Under the pieces are notes generated by a model. That model did not search any database, was not told where the DNA came from, and saw only the letters and a list, made by a program, of their open reading frames with translations. From an uncultured virus (IMG/VR IMGVR_UViG_3300033068_001295) (Duplodnaviria; Heunggongvirae; Uroviricota; Caudoviricetes), in IMG/VR virus record IMGVR_UViG_3300033068_001295: a stretch of 20,000 bases of DNA; one strand, written 5' to 3'. A program made the translations under genes and the position numbers. How positions within the stretch are numbered: the first letter of the stretch is position 1; each line of letters starts with the position of its first letter. This document shows, one piece after another, positions 1 to 7,741 of the stretch.

Positions 1-1
1 A

Positions 2-244
2 GAGTTAAGAACAGCACTTCAAGCGTACATTAAGAGAAACAATAAAGTATTTATTGGAAGGCAAGAAAGTAAAGTTGTAAAATCTTATAGCGAAATGTTT
101 ACTTTCGGAAAGCACATTAATAAAACGGTAGATGAAGTCTTTTTACTAGAAAAAAGCTATTTGGAGTGGTGCTTAGAGAAGTATTCTTTTACTTCCGCGC
201 AAGAAAAATTAAAAACAGAGATAACAGAAATTTTAAAATCGTAA
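2..244 (+). CDS. 5'-truncated protein ending in an 'FGKH...YLEW' module (DUF3820/exonuclease X C-terminal-like)
   Basis: Frame 2 is open from the window start and reads ...MFTFGKHINKTVDEVFLLEKSYLEWCLEK...; stop TAA at 242-244. Confidence 0.65.
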   Translation, partial: ELRTALQAYIKRNNKVFIGRQESKVVKSYSEMFTFGKHINKTVDEVFLLEKSYLEWCLEKYSFTSAQEKLKTEITEILKS

Positions 245-259
245 ATCGCAATATAAGAT

Positions 260-538
260 ATGACAGCATCAAAATGTAATACATGTGGACACAATTATCC
301 TTGCATGTGTAGACAACCATTAGGACAATTTAAAACAGTACATGAGAATGCAGTTTTAATTAACCCACCAAATCCAATAGAAGATATTGAAAAGTTTTTA
401 AAACAAAAAAGAGAGGAATTTACAGAACAAACTGAAAAACTTCTCGCGCAAAGAAAAATAAAAGAACTGATTAAAAAATATCCAAACGATTTAGAGTTAG
501 GTAGAGAAATAAGAAAAATGTTTGCAGATGAAATTTAA
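260..538 (+). CDS. Hypothetical phage protein with N-terminal Cys cluster and C-terminal 'YPNDLELG' motif
   Basis: ORF track 92 aa; CNTCGHNYPCMC; overlaps the next start. Confidence 0.7.
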   Translation: MTASKCNTCGHNYPCMCRQPLGQFKTVHENAVLINPPNPIEDIEKFLKQKREEFTEQTEKLLAQRKIKELIKKYPNDLELGREIRKMFADEI

Positions 539-720
539 ACTAACAAAAGAGCAGATAGGAAAATACGAACTTTGGAGAAAAACTTTAAATAAAGTTGACT
601 ATGGAGCAATCGGTGGTGGTGCTTGGTTTATGTTTTGTCCGACAGGTTTAGGGGGATATTGTAAAAGTAAAACGTGATGACGGCGCGGAAATAGATTTAA
701 CAGAAGAAGATAAGTGGTAA
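528..720 (+). pseudogene. Small phage protein (GAIGG...PTGLG type) interrupted by a +1 frameshift in a G5 run
   Basis: MKFKLTKEQIGKYELWRKTLNKVDYGAIGGGAWFMFCPTGLG, then GGGGG at 651-655; deleting one G continues as DIVKVKRDDGAEIDLTEEDKW* to TAA 718-720. Confidence 0.65.
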
Positions 721-770
721 CAAAACCCCCGAAAAAATTTAAAAACAACCATAAATTTAAGTTAAACCTC

Positions 771-801
771 TTGTAAATAAAACAATATTTAATTATATTT
801 G
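771..801 (+). promoter_or_regulatory. Bacteroidota sigma-A promoter (-33 TTG / -7 TATATTTG)
   Basis: TTG 771-773, 20-nt spacer, TATATTTG 794-801; ATG at 806. Confidence 0.75.
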
Positions 802-805
802 TAGA

Positions 806-1192
806 ATGATTAGAAAATACAGTAAGAAAGGTTTAGAAAAAAGAAAATCCGAGCGAGAGTGTTTGCCTGAATTCTTTAAAAAACATATCGACATAATTAA
901 GTACTATAAATTATCTTGTAGTAATTGTGGAGAACGTTTGGTTGGAGATGTTAGTGAAGTAGCACACAGACTCCCAAAATCTTTTTTTAAATCTATAATG
1001 TGTGATGATGAAAATGTAACTTATTTAGGAGGAAGATTTAGCAAGTGCGGTTGCCATTCCTTGTATGACGGTACAAATGAACAGTTACAATCCCTTTTAA
1101 TTTTCCCCGCAGAGAGAGAGATAATAAAAAAATTATTAGAAAAAGTAACAGAAAATATAAACTATAAACTATACGATAGATGGCTTCTTTAG
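806..1192 (+). CDS. Zn-binding HNH-like nuclease
   Basis: CSNC...EVAHRLPKS...DENV...CGCHSLYD pattern; basic N-terminus; overlaps the recA start. Confidence 0.65.
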   Translation: MIRKYSKKGLEKRKSERECLPEFFKKHIDIIKYYKLSCSNCGERLVGDVSEVAHRLPKSFFKSIMCDDENVTYLGGRFSKCGCHSLYDGTNEQLQSLLIFPAEREIIKKLLEKVTENINYKLYDRWLL

Positions 1193-2151
1193 AAGAAACA
1201 CTTAAAAAATTAAACAAAGGAAAACGAGAACAAGATAATTATTCTTTATTAAAAGAAAAAGAAGTTATAAGAACAAGAACATCTACAGGAAGCCCTTATC
1301 TTGATTACTTATCAGGTGGGTTTATGAATGGTGGTTATAACTGCCTTGTAGCTAAAGGCGGAAGCGGTAAGAGTTCTATTTCTCTATTGGCTTGTAAAGA
1401 TACAATTGACAGAAGAGGTAAGGTAGCTGTTTATTTCGATGGAGAAGGTACTTTAGATGATTCATATTTTAAAAGAATGGGTATAAATAAAGATAAGTTT
1501 ATACATATTCGGCATAGAAATTTAGAAAGAATGTTAGATGAAGCGGAAGCATTTGCACAAGCTGATGAAGTCGGAATTATAGTTTTTGACTCAATTCCTA
1601 TTTTTAAATCAACAGTTGTTCAAGAAAAATCAGCAGGTGACTATACTATTGGTATTGAAGCACAAAGATGGGGCACTCGTATGACCTTGATTGAGGGTTA
1701 TGCAGTAGCAAGAGACATTTGTTTATTAGGCTTACAACATTATAAGAAAGACCCAGGAGTTATGATGGGAGATAATCGAACACTTTCGCGAGGTGAGTGG
1801 CAAGGCACAATGATGAACACTTTTATAGATTTAACTAAAAAGAAGATAATTTTAGATGAAAATAAAAATATTATTGGGCATACTTTAGATGTGAGAATTA
1901 AAAAATCAAAAGGAAGTGCTTATGACCCAACAGAAGTTTTTAATGTTAATTTCTATAATGAAGGTGGGTTTAATCAAATAGATGAGTATGCAAGAGTTTT
2001 TGTAGAAACAGAAATAGCAAAACAAGGCGGAGCTTGGATTAAATTTCCTAACAAAGACGCTGAAGAAGTTTCAGTAAATGGCGTAGATAAATTTATTGAG
2101 CATTTAAAAGCAAATCCAGAAGATTTTGAATTTTTAAAACAGCAGTTATGA
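1180..2151 (+). CDS. recA: RecA/UvsX-like recombinase
   Basis: STGSPYLDYLSGG, Walker A variant AKGGSGKS, YFDGE, Walker B IIVFDS, C-terminal KQGGAW. Confidence 0.9.
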   Translation: MASLEETLKKLNKGKREQDNYSLLKEKEVIRTRTSTGSPYLDYLSGGFMNGGYNCLVAKGGSGKSSISLLACKDTIDRRGKVAVYFDGEGTLDDSYFKRMGINKDKFIHIRHRNLERMLDEAEAFAQADEVGIIVFDSIPIFKSTVVQEKSAGDYTIGIEAQRWGTRMTLIEGYAVARDICLLGLQHYKKDPGVMMGDNRTLSRGEWQGTMMNTFIDLTKKKIILDENKNIIGHTLDVRIKKSKGSAYDPTEVFNVNFYNEGGFNQIDEYARVFVETEIAKQGGAWIKFPNKDAEEVSVNGVDKFIEHLKANPEDFEFLKQQL

Positions 2152-2591
2152 GACCAATAGAAGATATTATAATAGAATATGAAGAATTAAGAGGTTCTTT
2201 TAAAAACTTTACCTCTGTTGGTGACGCAAATAAAGATACACTTTTAGAATACCAACAACGCTTTTTAGATTTAAAGGCAGATTTACGACCTTGGCACACT
2301 AAAATGATGCATGCCTCTGAGATGCGAAGCGATAAGTCAGCCACTGCAATTAAAATGAGGATTGCAATAGCTATGGTAAAAGATGAATATACCTTTTCAG
2401 AAGAAGAAAAGGCTATGTATGAGAAGCCACCGACCATATCAAATGCGGATAAATTTGCCGCGGCTACTAAACAGTACAGAGAATTTTTAGACCAAAGAGC
2501 CTTTTGGAAAGAAAGTTTTGTTAATGTTGCAGATTTACGAGAAGATTTACAAGGTTATATTACTTTGTGTAGAGATAGACAAAATAAATAA
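2148..2591 (+). CDS. Helical protein, possible UvsY-like recombination mediator
   Basis: 147 aa, predicted all-helical, coupled to recA by an ATGA overlap; function inferred from position only. Confidence 0.45.
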   Translation: MRPIEDIIIEYEELRGSFKNFTSVGDANKDTLLEYQQRFLDLKADLRPWHTKMMHASEMRSDKSATAIKMRIAIAMVKDEYTFSEEEKAMYEKPPTISNADKFAAATKQYREFLDQRAFWKESFVNVADLREDLQGYITLCRDRQNK

Positions 2592-2593
2592 TA

Positions 2594-2782
2594 ATGGAAA
2601 ATAAAAAACAATTAGAATGTTGGTTTACAGGAGTAATGCCTAATATTAGGCTAGATGGTGTGAGGAATCCAACAATGGAGGATTTCAATACAATGAAAGA
2701 GTTAATTTATGTTAAGGGTGAAGATATATACAAGAGCATGGATAAGATTTTTGATGAATATTTAGAAAATAACAAGATGTAA
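2594..2782 (+). CDS. Hypothetical protein
   Basis: 62 aa ORF packed in the operon. Confidence 0.65.
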   Translation: MENKKQLECWFTGVMPNIRLDGVRNPTMEDFNTMKELIYVKGEDIYKSMDKIFDEYLENNKM

Positions 2783-2901
2783 TGAAAATAATTAAAATCA
2801 GTGGACTATTAAGAGACGGTGGTTCTATAAAAGAAATTATTACAGATAAAGGAATATTTAGCAGAGTAAAAAAGATAAATGGTAGTAATAATGGATATTG
2901 A
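2782..2901 (+). CDS. Short ORF (39 aa), possibly truncated
   Basis: TAATG overlap with the previous stop; MKIIKISGLLRDGGSIKEIITDKG... Confidence 0.4.
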   Translation: MKIIKISGLLRDGGSIKEIITDKGIFSRVKKINGSNNGY

Positions 2902-3037
2902 TGACGCTTTTGTAATATTACACTAAGTGCCCAAAAATGATTATTCAGATGAAGATGTAGAGATAAGAATTCCTTTTGACCACTTTCAAGAACTGTTAAG
3001 TTGGGCGCAATACTTAAACACAACAATAAAAATATGA
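2879..3037 (+). pseudogene. Small gene with in-frame TAA
   Basis: MVVIMDIDDAFVILH*VPKNDYSDEDVEIRIPFDHFQELLSWAQYLNTTIKI*; internal stop at 2924-2926; ATGA-coupled to the next ORF. Confidence 0.5.
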
Positions 3038-3177
3038 AACGTAGCATAAGAAAAATAATAGATGAAGAACTACTATTTTTAAACAAAAATATAAAAACAT
3101 TTGATGATATATCTCAATATAATAAAAGAAAAAACACTAATTACATTAAATTAATACTATATCTTAATGAAATTTGA
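3034..3177 (+). CDS. Short hypothetical protein (47 aa)
   Basis: MKRSIRKIIDEELLFLNK...; overlaps neighbours at both ends. Confidence 0.45.
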   Translation: MKRSIRKIIDEELLFLNKNIKTFDDISQYNKRKNTNYIKLILYLNEI

Positions 3178-3226
3178 ATTAACAAAAGAACAAATAGAAA
3201 AGTATCAAAATTGGCGCAAAAAATAA
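3167..3226 (+). pseudogene. 19-codon remnant paralogous to the N-terminus of the 528-720 gene
   Basis: MKFELTKEQIEKYQNWRKK* versus MKFKLTKEQIGKYELWRKT. Confidence 0.55.
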
Positions 3227-3258
3227 TTAAAAACTATATAAACAATTAAAATGAAAAA

Positions 3259-3459
3259 ATGGAACCACACCTATTTAAACAAGACGCTAAGTCTATTGTA
3301 GACACTATATTTGAAACTAAATGTTTTAGAGAGGACTTAACTAGAGATGATATAAATGCTGTTGAGGAATTAGTTCAGTTTATGCTATCTTCTCGTTTTG
3401 ATTCTTTTCTTCAAGCTAGAAAATTATCCCAAAAGATTATTAAAAAAGAATTAAATTGA
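3259..3459 (+). CDS. Hypothetical protein
   Basis: 66 aa ORF with A-rich start context. Confidence 0.65.
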   Translation: MEPHLFKQDAKSIVDTIFETKCFREDLTRDDINAVEELVQFMLSSRFDSFLQARKLSQKIIKKELN

Positions 3460-3623
3460 GAACGTATAAAGATTGTGATGGAAATATAAAACAAATAGAC
3501 TTAGACTTTTTTATCAAGAAGTCTTTTGTAAATTCCGTTGAAGAATTTGACGACTACTTACAAACACTAGTACACAGAAGCTTAAGATTATCAGAAATAG
3601 AACAAATAATATACAAAAAATAA
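3456..3623 (+). CDS. Short hypothetical protein (55 aa, TTG start)
   Basis: TTGA overlap with the upstream stop; fills the gap up to the ATG at 3625. Confidence 0.5.
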   Translation: MRTYKDCDGNIKQIDLDFFIKKSFVNSVEEFDDYLQTLVHRSLRLSEIEQIIYKK

Positions 3624-3624
3624 A

Positions 3625-3972
3625 ATGAAAGAAAAATCACCACTAGAAAACTTATTAAGAGGAATATTAAAGTTTGTAACAGATTTACAATATATCTTCC
3701 ACAAAGACTTTATTAAAGAAAACTATTATAAGCATTTTGGATATTCTTTACCACTTACTTTTGTTTGTATTTGCATAGGATTGTGGCTTTTTGATTTACA
3801 AGATACGGGAGCTTTACCTACAATTTTAGGGGGCTTCGGCGCATTTGCATTTAATGGTATCAGAGAATCGATTTTAGAAGAGGAATATGACGCACCATTT
3901 TCATGGACGGATATTAACATAGGTGGACGGGGTGGTACTCTAGGGGGATTTTTAGCATCTTTATTTTTTTAA
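3625..3972 (+). CDS. Membrane protein
   Basis: Hydrophobic segments and a 'KHF...E...FSWTD..GG.GG' pattern reminiscent of VanZ/YfiM-like membrane proteins. Confidence 0.6.
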   Translation: MKEKSPLENLLRGILKFVTDLQYIFHKDFIKENYYKHFGYSLPLTFVCICIGLWLFDLQDTGALPTILGGFGAFAFNGIRESILEEEYDAPFSWTDINIGGRGGTLGGFLASLFF

Positions 3973-3973
3973 T

Positions 3974-4369
3974 ATGCCACCAAAAAAAATAAAAAACCCA
4001 AAAGTACCGAGAACAAGAAATAACTTTACACTAACCGAATCTGCTTTTTGGGGATTTATTAGGTCTACATTAAGAAATGCATCAAGATGGTGGAAACCTA
4101 TTACACAATGTAAATTAGAGTCAAGAAGAGTTTACAAGGGGGCTAAAAAACTACAAAAATGGGAGTACCAATGTAACCACTGTAAAGATTGGTTTATGGA
4201 AAAAGAAATACAAGTAGACCATATTGTTGATGCAGGGACACTCACTTGTGGAGAAGATTTGAAAGGGTTTGTAGAAAGATTATTTTGCGAAGTGGGTGGA
4301 TTTCAAACACTCTGTAAGCCTTGTCATCAAATAAAAACTAATAATACTCGTAATAAAAAAGAAAAATAA
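3974..4369 (+). CDS. HNH endonuclease
   Basis: YQCNHC...IQVDHIV...FQTLCKPCHQIKT. Confidence 0.85.
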   Translation: MPPKKIKNPKVPRTRNNFTLTESAFWGFIRSTLRNASRWWKPITQCKLESRRVYKGAKKLQKWEYQCNHCKDWFMEKEIQVDHIVDAGTLTCGEDLKGFVERLFCEVGGFQTLCKPCHQIKTNNTRNKKEK

Positions 4370-4370
4370 A

Positions 4371-4402
4371 TTTGCATATATCAAATTAATGTTGTATATT
4401 TG
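4371..4402 (+). promoter_or_regulatory. Bacteroidota sigma-A promoter
   Basis: TTTG 4371-4374, 20-nt spacer, TATATTTG 4395-4402. Confidence 0.8.
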
Positions 4403-4406
4403 TAAA

Positions 4407-4570
4407 GAATTTAAGAAGAGAACCGTTAGATGCACCTTAGCTGGTAGTAAATAGCAAACGTCATACTTCTTTATTGGCTAAAGCCGTTAATACCAATTAA
4501 AATAAGACGGAGAGTGTAGGCAAAGGCAATTCCCTACGACAATATAGTACTTAACTGCCAAATCTATATT
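4407..4570 (+). ncRNA. Candidate structured RNA or long 5' leader
   Basis: ~180-nt gap without a credible ORF directly after a promoter; several stems plus potential pseudoknot and kissing-loop pairings; no family recognised. Confidence 0.4.
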
Positions 4571-4585
4571 TTTAAATTTAAAACT

Positions 4586-4900
4586 ATGATTTACATTACA
4601 TATCAAAATACGATGCCCTATGAACCAACTTTTATTAGTAATGTTTGGCAAATAGATTGTGATGATGCCGAAGAAAGATGGAAAGAGTTTATGTTAGAAA
4701 AAGCAAATTCTATTGGTTTAATTATAAACCCACATCACCTAAATGCAATGAGTTATGAAAAGTTTCACTCCGAAGAACCTTACTCAGAATATGCAAAAAA
4801 GTATAAATGGTGGAATAAAAGGCTAAAAGAAAACACCTTTGAAAATTATTTAGAAAATGTTTTAGGCGCAAAAAAAGTTGAATATAAAGAAATATACTAA
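4586..4900 (+). CDS. Hypothetical protein
   Basis: 104 aa ORF, TAATG-coupled to the next gene. Confidence 0.7.
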   Translation: MIYITYQNTMPYEPTFISNVWQIDCDDAEERWKEFMLEKANSIGLIINPHHLNAMSYEKFHSEEPYSEYAKKYKWWNKRLKENTFENYLENVLGAKKVEYKEIY

Positions 4901-5682
4901 TGACAGAACAAATTAAAGATTACTTACTAAAGTACAACATTAAGTCAGAAGAAGACTTAGCTAAACATATTGAAGAATTAAAAAGAAATACTGTTCCTAA
5001 TAATGAATTAATCTTTCCTTTGGTTGAGGTTTTGTTGAATGAAAAAGCCGCTCTTAGTTCTTTTTTCCGCGAAAATATCATAAATAACAGTTCAGATTGG
5101 GTAGATATAAGACACCATTTTGCCGCAAAATGGTGTGAGATAAAGCATTTATATGATATTAGTGTAATAGGTAAAAGAAAGTTAAGTGTTTTAGAGAGTA
5201 ACTTTTACAACACCTATGGTGATATTATAGAAATAATTCGCGCAGAAACAGATGAAGATTTAAATAAAATATTGTGTAATATAAAAATGAGAGATACAGA
5301 GCAAGAATTAACATCAGAGGAGCATATTGAAGAACAGTTGGTTTTTAATGAAGGATGCCTAATGTCGCAAGAATTTGGTAAAAAAGAGACAGAAAATAAA
5401 TTACCAATGTCAATTCTATTTAAGCAGTTTCCTGACGCTTTAAAAGCAATTGTAAAATGCTCTGAATACGGGCACAAAAAATACAGTGACACAGACCAAG
5501 ACTATTTAAATTTTAGAAGAATTAAAGGGGGAAGTAAAGCTTACGCAGACGCAGGGTTAAGACATAGATTAGAAATAGGAGACGATTTAGAGAGTTATCT
5601 TCCACATCCTTACCACATTGCTTGGAACGCTCTTGCAGAACTTCAACTTTGGATAGAAGAAACAACGTTAAATAAATCATAA
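4900..5682 (+). CDS. Protein with C-terminal dATP/dGTP diphosphohydrolase domain (DUF5664-like)
   Basis: KLPMSIL...ALKAIVKCSEYGHKKY...NF...YADAGLRH...DLESYLPHPYHIAWNAL; ~150-aa N-terminal region not recognised. Confidence 0.8.
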   Translation: MTEQIKDYLLKYNIKSEEDLAKHIEELKRNTVPNNELIFPLVEVLLNEKAALSSFFRENIINNSSDWVDIRHHFAAKWCEIKHLYDISVIGKRKLSVLESNFYNTYGDIIEIIRAETDEDLNKILCNIKMRDTEQELTSEEHIEEQLVFNEGCLMSQEFGKKETENKLPMSILFKQFPDALKAIVKCSEYGHKKYSDTDQDYLNFRRIKGGSKAYADAGLRHRLEIGDDLESYLPHPYHIAWNALAELQLWIEETTLNKS

Positions 5683-5685
5683 ATA

Positions 5686-5717
5686 TTTGCATCTTAAATA
5701 ATAAAGAACTATCTTTG
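5686..5717 (+). promoter_or_regulatory. Bacteroidota sigma-A promoter
   Basis: TTTG 5686-5689, 20-nt spacer, TATCTTTG 5710-5717; ATG at 5722. Confidence 0.8.
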
Positions 5718-5721
5718 AACT

Positions 5722-6180
5722 ATGAAAAAAATATATCTAAGCTGTGTAATGCAAGTGGTAAATGAGGAAGGACAAACCTTAATTGACAGAGCCACAAATA
5801 AAAGCCAAAAAGAAGTTAATGGACTTACAAAAGAGTGGTTTCAAGAGCAGTCTTTAAAACCACCAAAAGAGTTAGAAGATGAAGAAATTGAAAGAGACGA
5901 AGAAGGTAGAATTCTATTAGATGACAAACATTTAGATTATGAAAGTCTTTCGGTTGGAATCCCTTTAAAAAATATTAACAGTTGGGTTGAACATTCTGAT
6001 ATGGGATGTATAGTAAACACTAAATGTGGTAACTCCTATCATGTATATGAAGAATTTGATGAGATAGATGATTATATTGATTTTTTAAATTTGACTTGGT
6101 TTGGGAGATTTAAAATTTCTGTTTCTAGTTTTTTCGCGCGATTTAAAAATAAAAAAGTACAAACACACATAACAAATTAA
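5722..6180 (+). CDS. Acidic hypothetical protein
   Basis: 152 aa ORF directly behind a promoter. Confidence 0.7.
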   Translation: MKKIYLSCVMQVVNEEGQTLIDRATNKSQKEVNGLTKEWFQEQSLKPPKELEDEEIERDEEGRILLDDKHLDYESLSVGIPLKNINSWVEHSDMGCIVNTKCGNSYHVYEEFDEIDDYIDFLNLTWFGRFKISVSSFFARFKNKKVQTHITN

Positions 6181-6193
6181 TAGTACAAAAACA

Positions 6194-6898
6194 ATGAATT
6201 ACAACAATTACAGTTTAAGCTCAAGTAAAGGAAAATTATACTTGAAATCAAAAACAAAACAAGACGGTTACGAAGAGGTAAAGTACGGAACAGACGGAAC
6301 AAGTGTTACATATCATAAGTATGTTCAGTCTATCAAAGGTATTCCAACTTACCTAGAAACAAAAGAAATCACCCACGAGGGAAGAGTTTTAAAGTTCCTA
6401 GAACTCACTCTAGTAGACGGAGAAGATGCTAATAAGCTATCTGTGCCTTTGAAAAATAAAGGTGGATATACAGATGAGGTAAAAGCTTTAGTATCTGCAT
6501 TAAACGGACTAGATTTAGGAGAAGAAGTTACTTTAAACCCTGTAAAAAATAAATACACAAACAAACAAGGAGTAGAGAAAGAGCAACTAGGGGTTTACAT
6601 CAATTATGTAAATAGATTAGGAGAAAATGGAAAAGGATTATCAACAGGATATATTCCATTTACAGATATTCCAAAACCAACTTCTAAAGTTGTGGCAAAT
6701 GACACAGTTTGGGACTGGTCAGAACAAACAGAATTCTATTGGAAAAGGTTGACAGAAATTGAGGCTAGGTTTAAAAATCAAACTACAAGTCCATCAACAC
6801 AAGCACCAAAAGCATCTGCACCAACAGCAACACCTGAGCAAGCTTTTCAACCTGCTGATAAAACGCAAAACACTGACTTTCAACCACTGCCCTTCTAA
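6194..6898 (+). CDS. Probable phage single-stranded DNA-binding protein
   Basis: Beta-rich N-terminal domain, Pro/Thr/Ala linker, C-terminal ...TDFQPLPF resembling the Bacteroidota SSB DLPF tail; recombination gene context. Confidence 0.6.
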   Translation: MNYNNYSLSSSKGKLYLKSKTKQDGYEEVKYGTDGTSVTYHKYVQSIKGIPTYLETKEITHEGRVLKFLELTLVDGEDANKLSVPLKNKGGYTDEVKALVSALNGLDLGEEVTLNPVKNKYTNKQGVEKEQLGVYINYVNRLGENGKGLSTGYIPFTDIPKPTSKVVANDTVWDWSEQTEFYWKRLTEIEARFKNQTTSPSTQAPKASAPTATPEQAFQPADKTQNTDFQPLPF

Positions 6899-6913
6899 AA
6901 AAGTAAACAAAAT

Positions 6914-6952
6914 ACCCCCACGAGCGCATAAGTTTCTGCAAGTGGGGTTTTT
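6914..6952 (+). terminator. Possible intrinsic terminator
   Basis: CCCCAC (6916-6921) pairs with GTGGGG (6942-6947), followed by TTTTT, just after the SSB stop. Confidence 0.55.
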
Positions 6953-6971
6953 ATAAACCAAACAAAACCAA

Positions 6972-7382
6972 ATGGAAAACAAAATTGACCCAAAAACAAT
7001 TAATCTTTTTGAATATCAATACGACGAAAACGCAGAAGTAAGTATTTCAGGAATGGCACTATACGGACTTTTACAATTTTTAAATACAGTTAAAGAGAAT
7101 GAAACTCACACTATATTTGCTCATTCATACGCTTTAAAAGGAAAAGAAGTAAAAGAAAAAGATTATTTACTAAGAGTAGAACAAGAATTTAAAACTTACC
7201 CTAACGGAGATAGTTTTTTTGCACAACAACCTGTACTTGGTACAACACAATTAGGGGCAGTAGCTACTGATTTACTATTAGGTTTACAGTCTGTGCATTT
7301 AGCTAACATTGAATCGGGCAGTGCAAAAAAATTAGGTTCATTCACAAAAACAGAAGAAAAAGATGTGGCAGTTAGTCTCTAA
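6972..7382 (+). CDS. Hypothetical protein
   Basis: 136 aa ORF. Confidence 0.75.
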   Translation: MENKIDPKTINLFEYQYDENAEVSISGMALYGLLQFLNTVKENETHTIFAHSYALKGKEVKEKDYLLRVEQEFKTYPNGDSFFAQQPVLGTTQLGAVATDLLLGLQSVHLANIESGSAKKLGSFTKTEEKDVAVSL

Positions 7383-7584
7383 ATATCACTCTAAAGAGTT
7401 AGATAAAATTAAACGCTTTACAGGTGCTAGTTACGTAAGTTATGAAGAATGTAAAAATAAGTTTAGACTAAAGTATATCAAAGATAAGAAAACAACTTAC
7501 TTTGACTTAGATGGATACCCTTCTGATGTAACTCCAAAAAGATACTTAGAATTATTAAATACAATCATTAATGAGCGAGTATAA
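7363..7584 (+). CDS. Hypothetical protein
   Basis: 73 aa ORF overlapping its neighbours. Confidence 0.6.
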   Translation: MWQLVSKYHSKELDKIKRFTGASYVSYEECKNKFRLKYIKDKKTTYFDLDGYPSDVTPKRYLELLNTIINERV

Positions 7585-7741
7585 AAAATTATATAAAACC
7601 TTACTAGATAACGGGGAATTGCAAGAGCTTTTCCCCTCTATGAAAGGTGATTGGGAACAAGATAAAAAGCAATTTATTTTAGAGCAAAAAGACTTAGAAG
7701 ATTTACTAAAAGATATAGAAATAAACGATGACGAATATTAA
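7571..7741 (+). CDS. Small hypothetical protein (56 aa, below the ORF-track cutoff)
   Basis: MSEYKKLYKTLLDNGELQELFPSMKGDWEQDKKQF...; overlaps the groEL start. Confidence 0.65.
   Translation: MSEYKKLYKTLLDNGELQELFPSMKGDWEQDKKQFILEQKDLEDLLKDIEINDDEY

Noticed and set aside
4403..4585. tRNA, guanidine-III riboswitch or pistol ribozyme
   Set aside because: No cloverleaf or TTC-containing T-arm; the GCCGT...AAGACGG pseudoknot lacks the CGAGG core I recall for guanidine-III, and the loop lengths do not fit pistol. Kept only as an unassigned RNA candidate.
7363..7741. GroES upstream of GroEL
   Set aside because: Neither small ORF has the PLxDRV or GxVxAVG motifs, or the length, of Cpn10.
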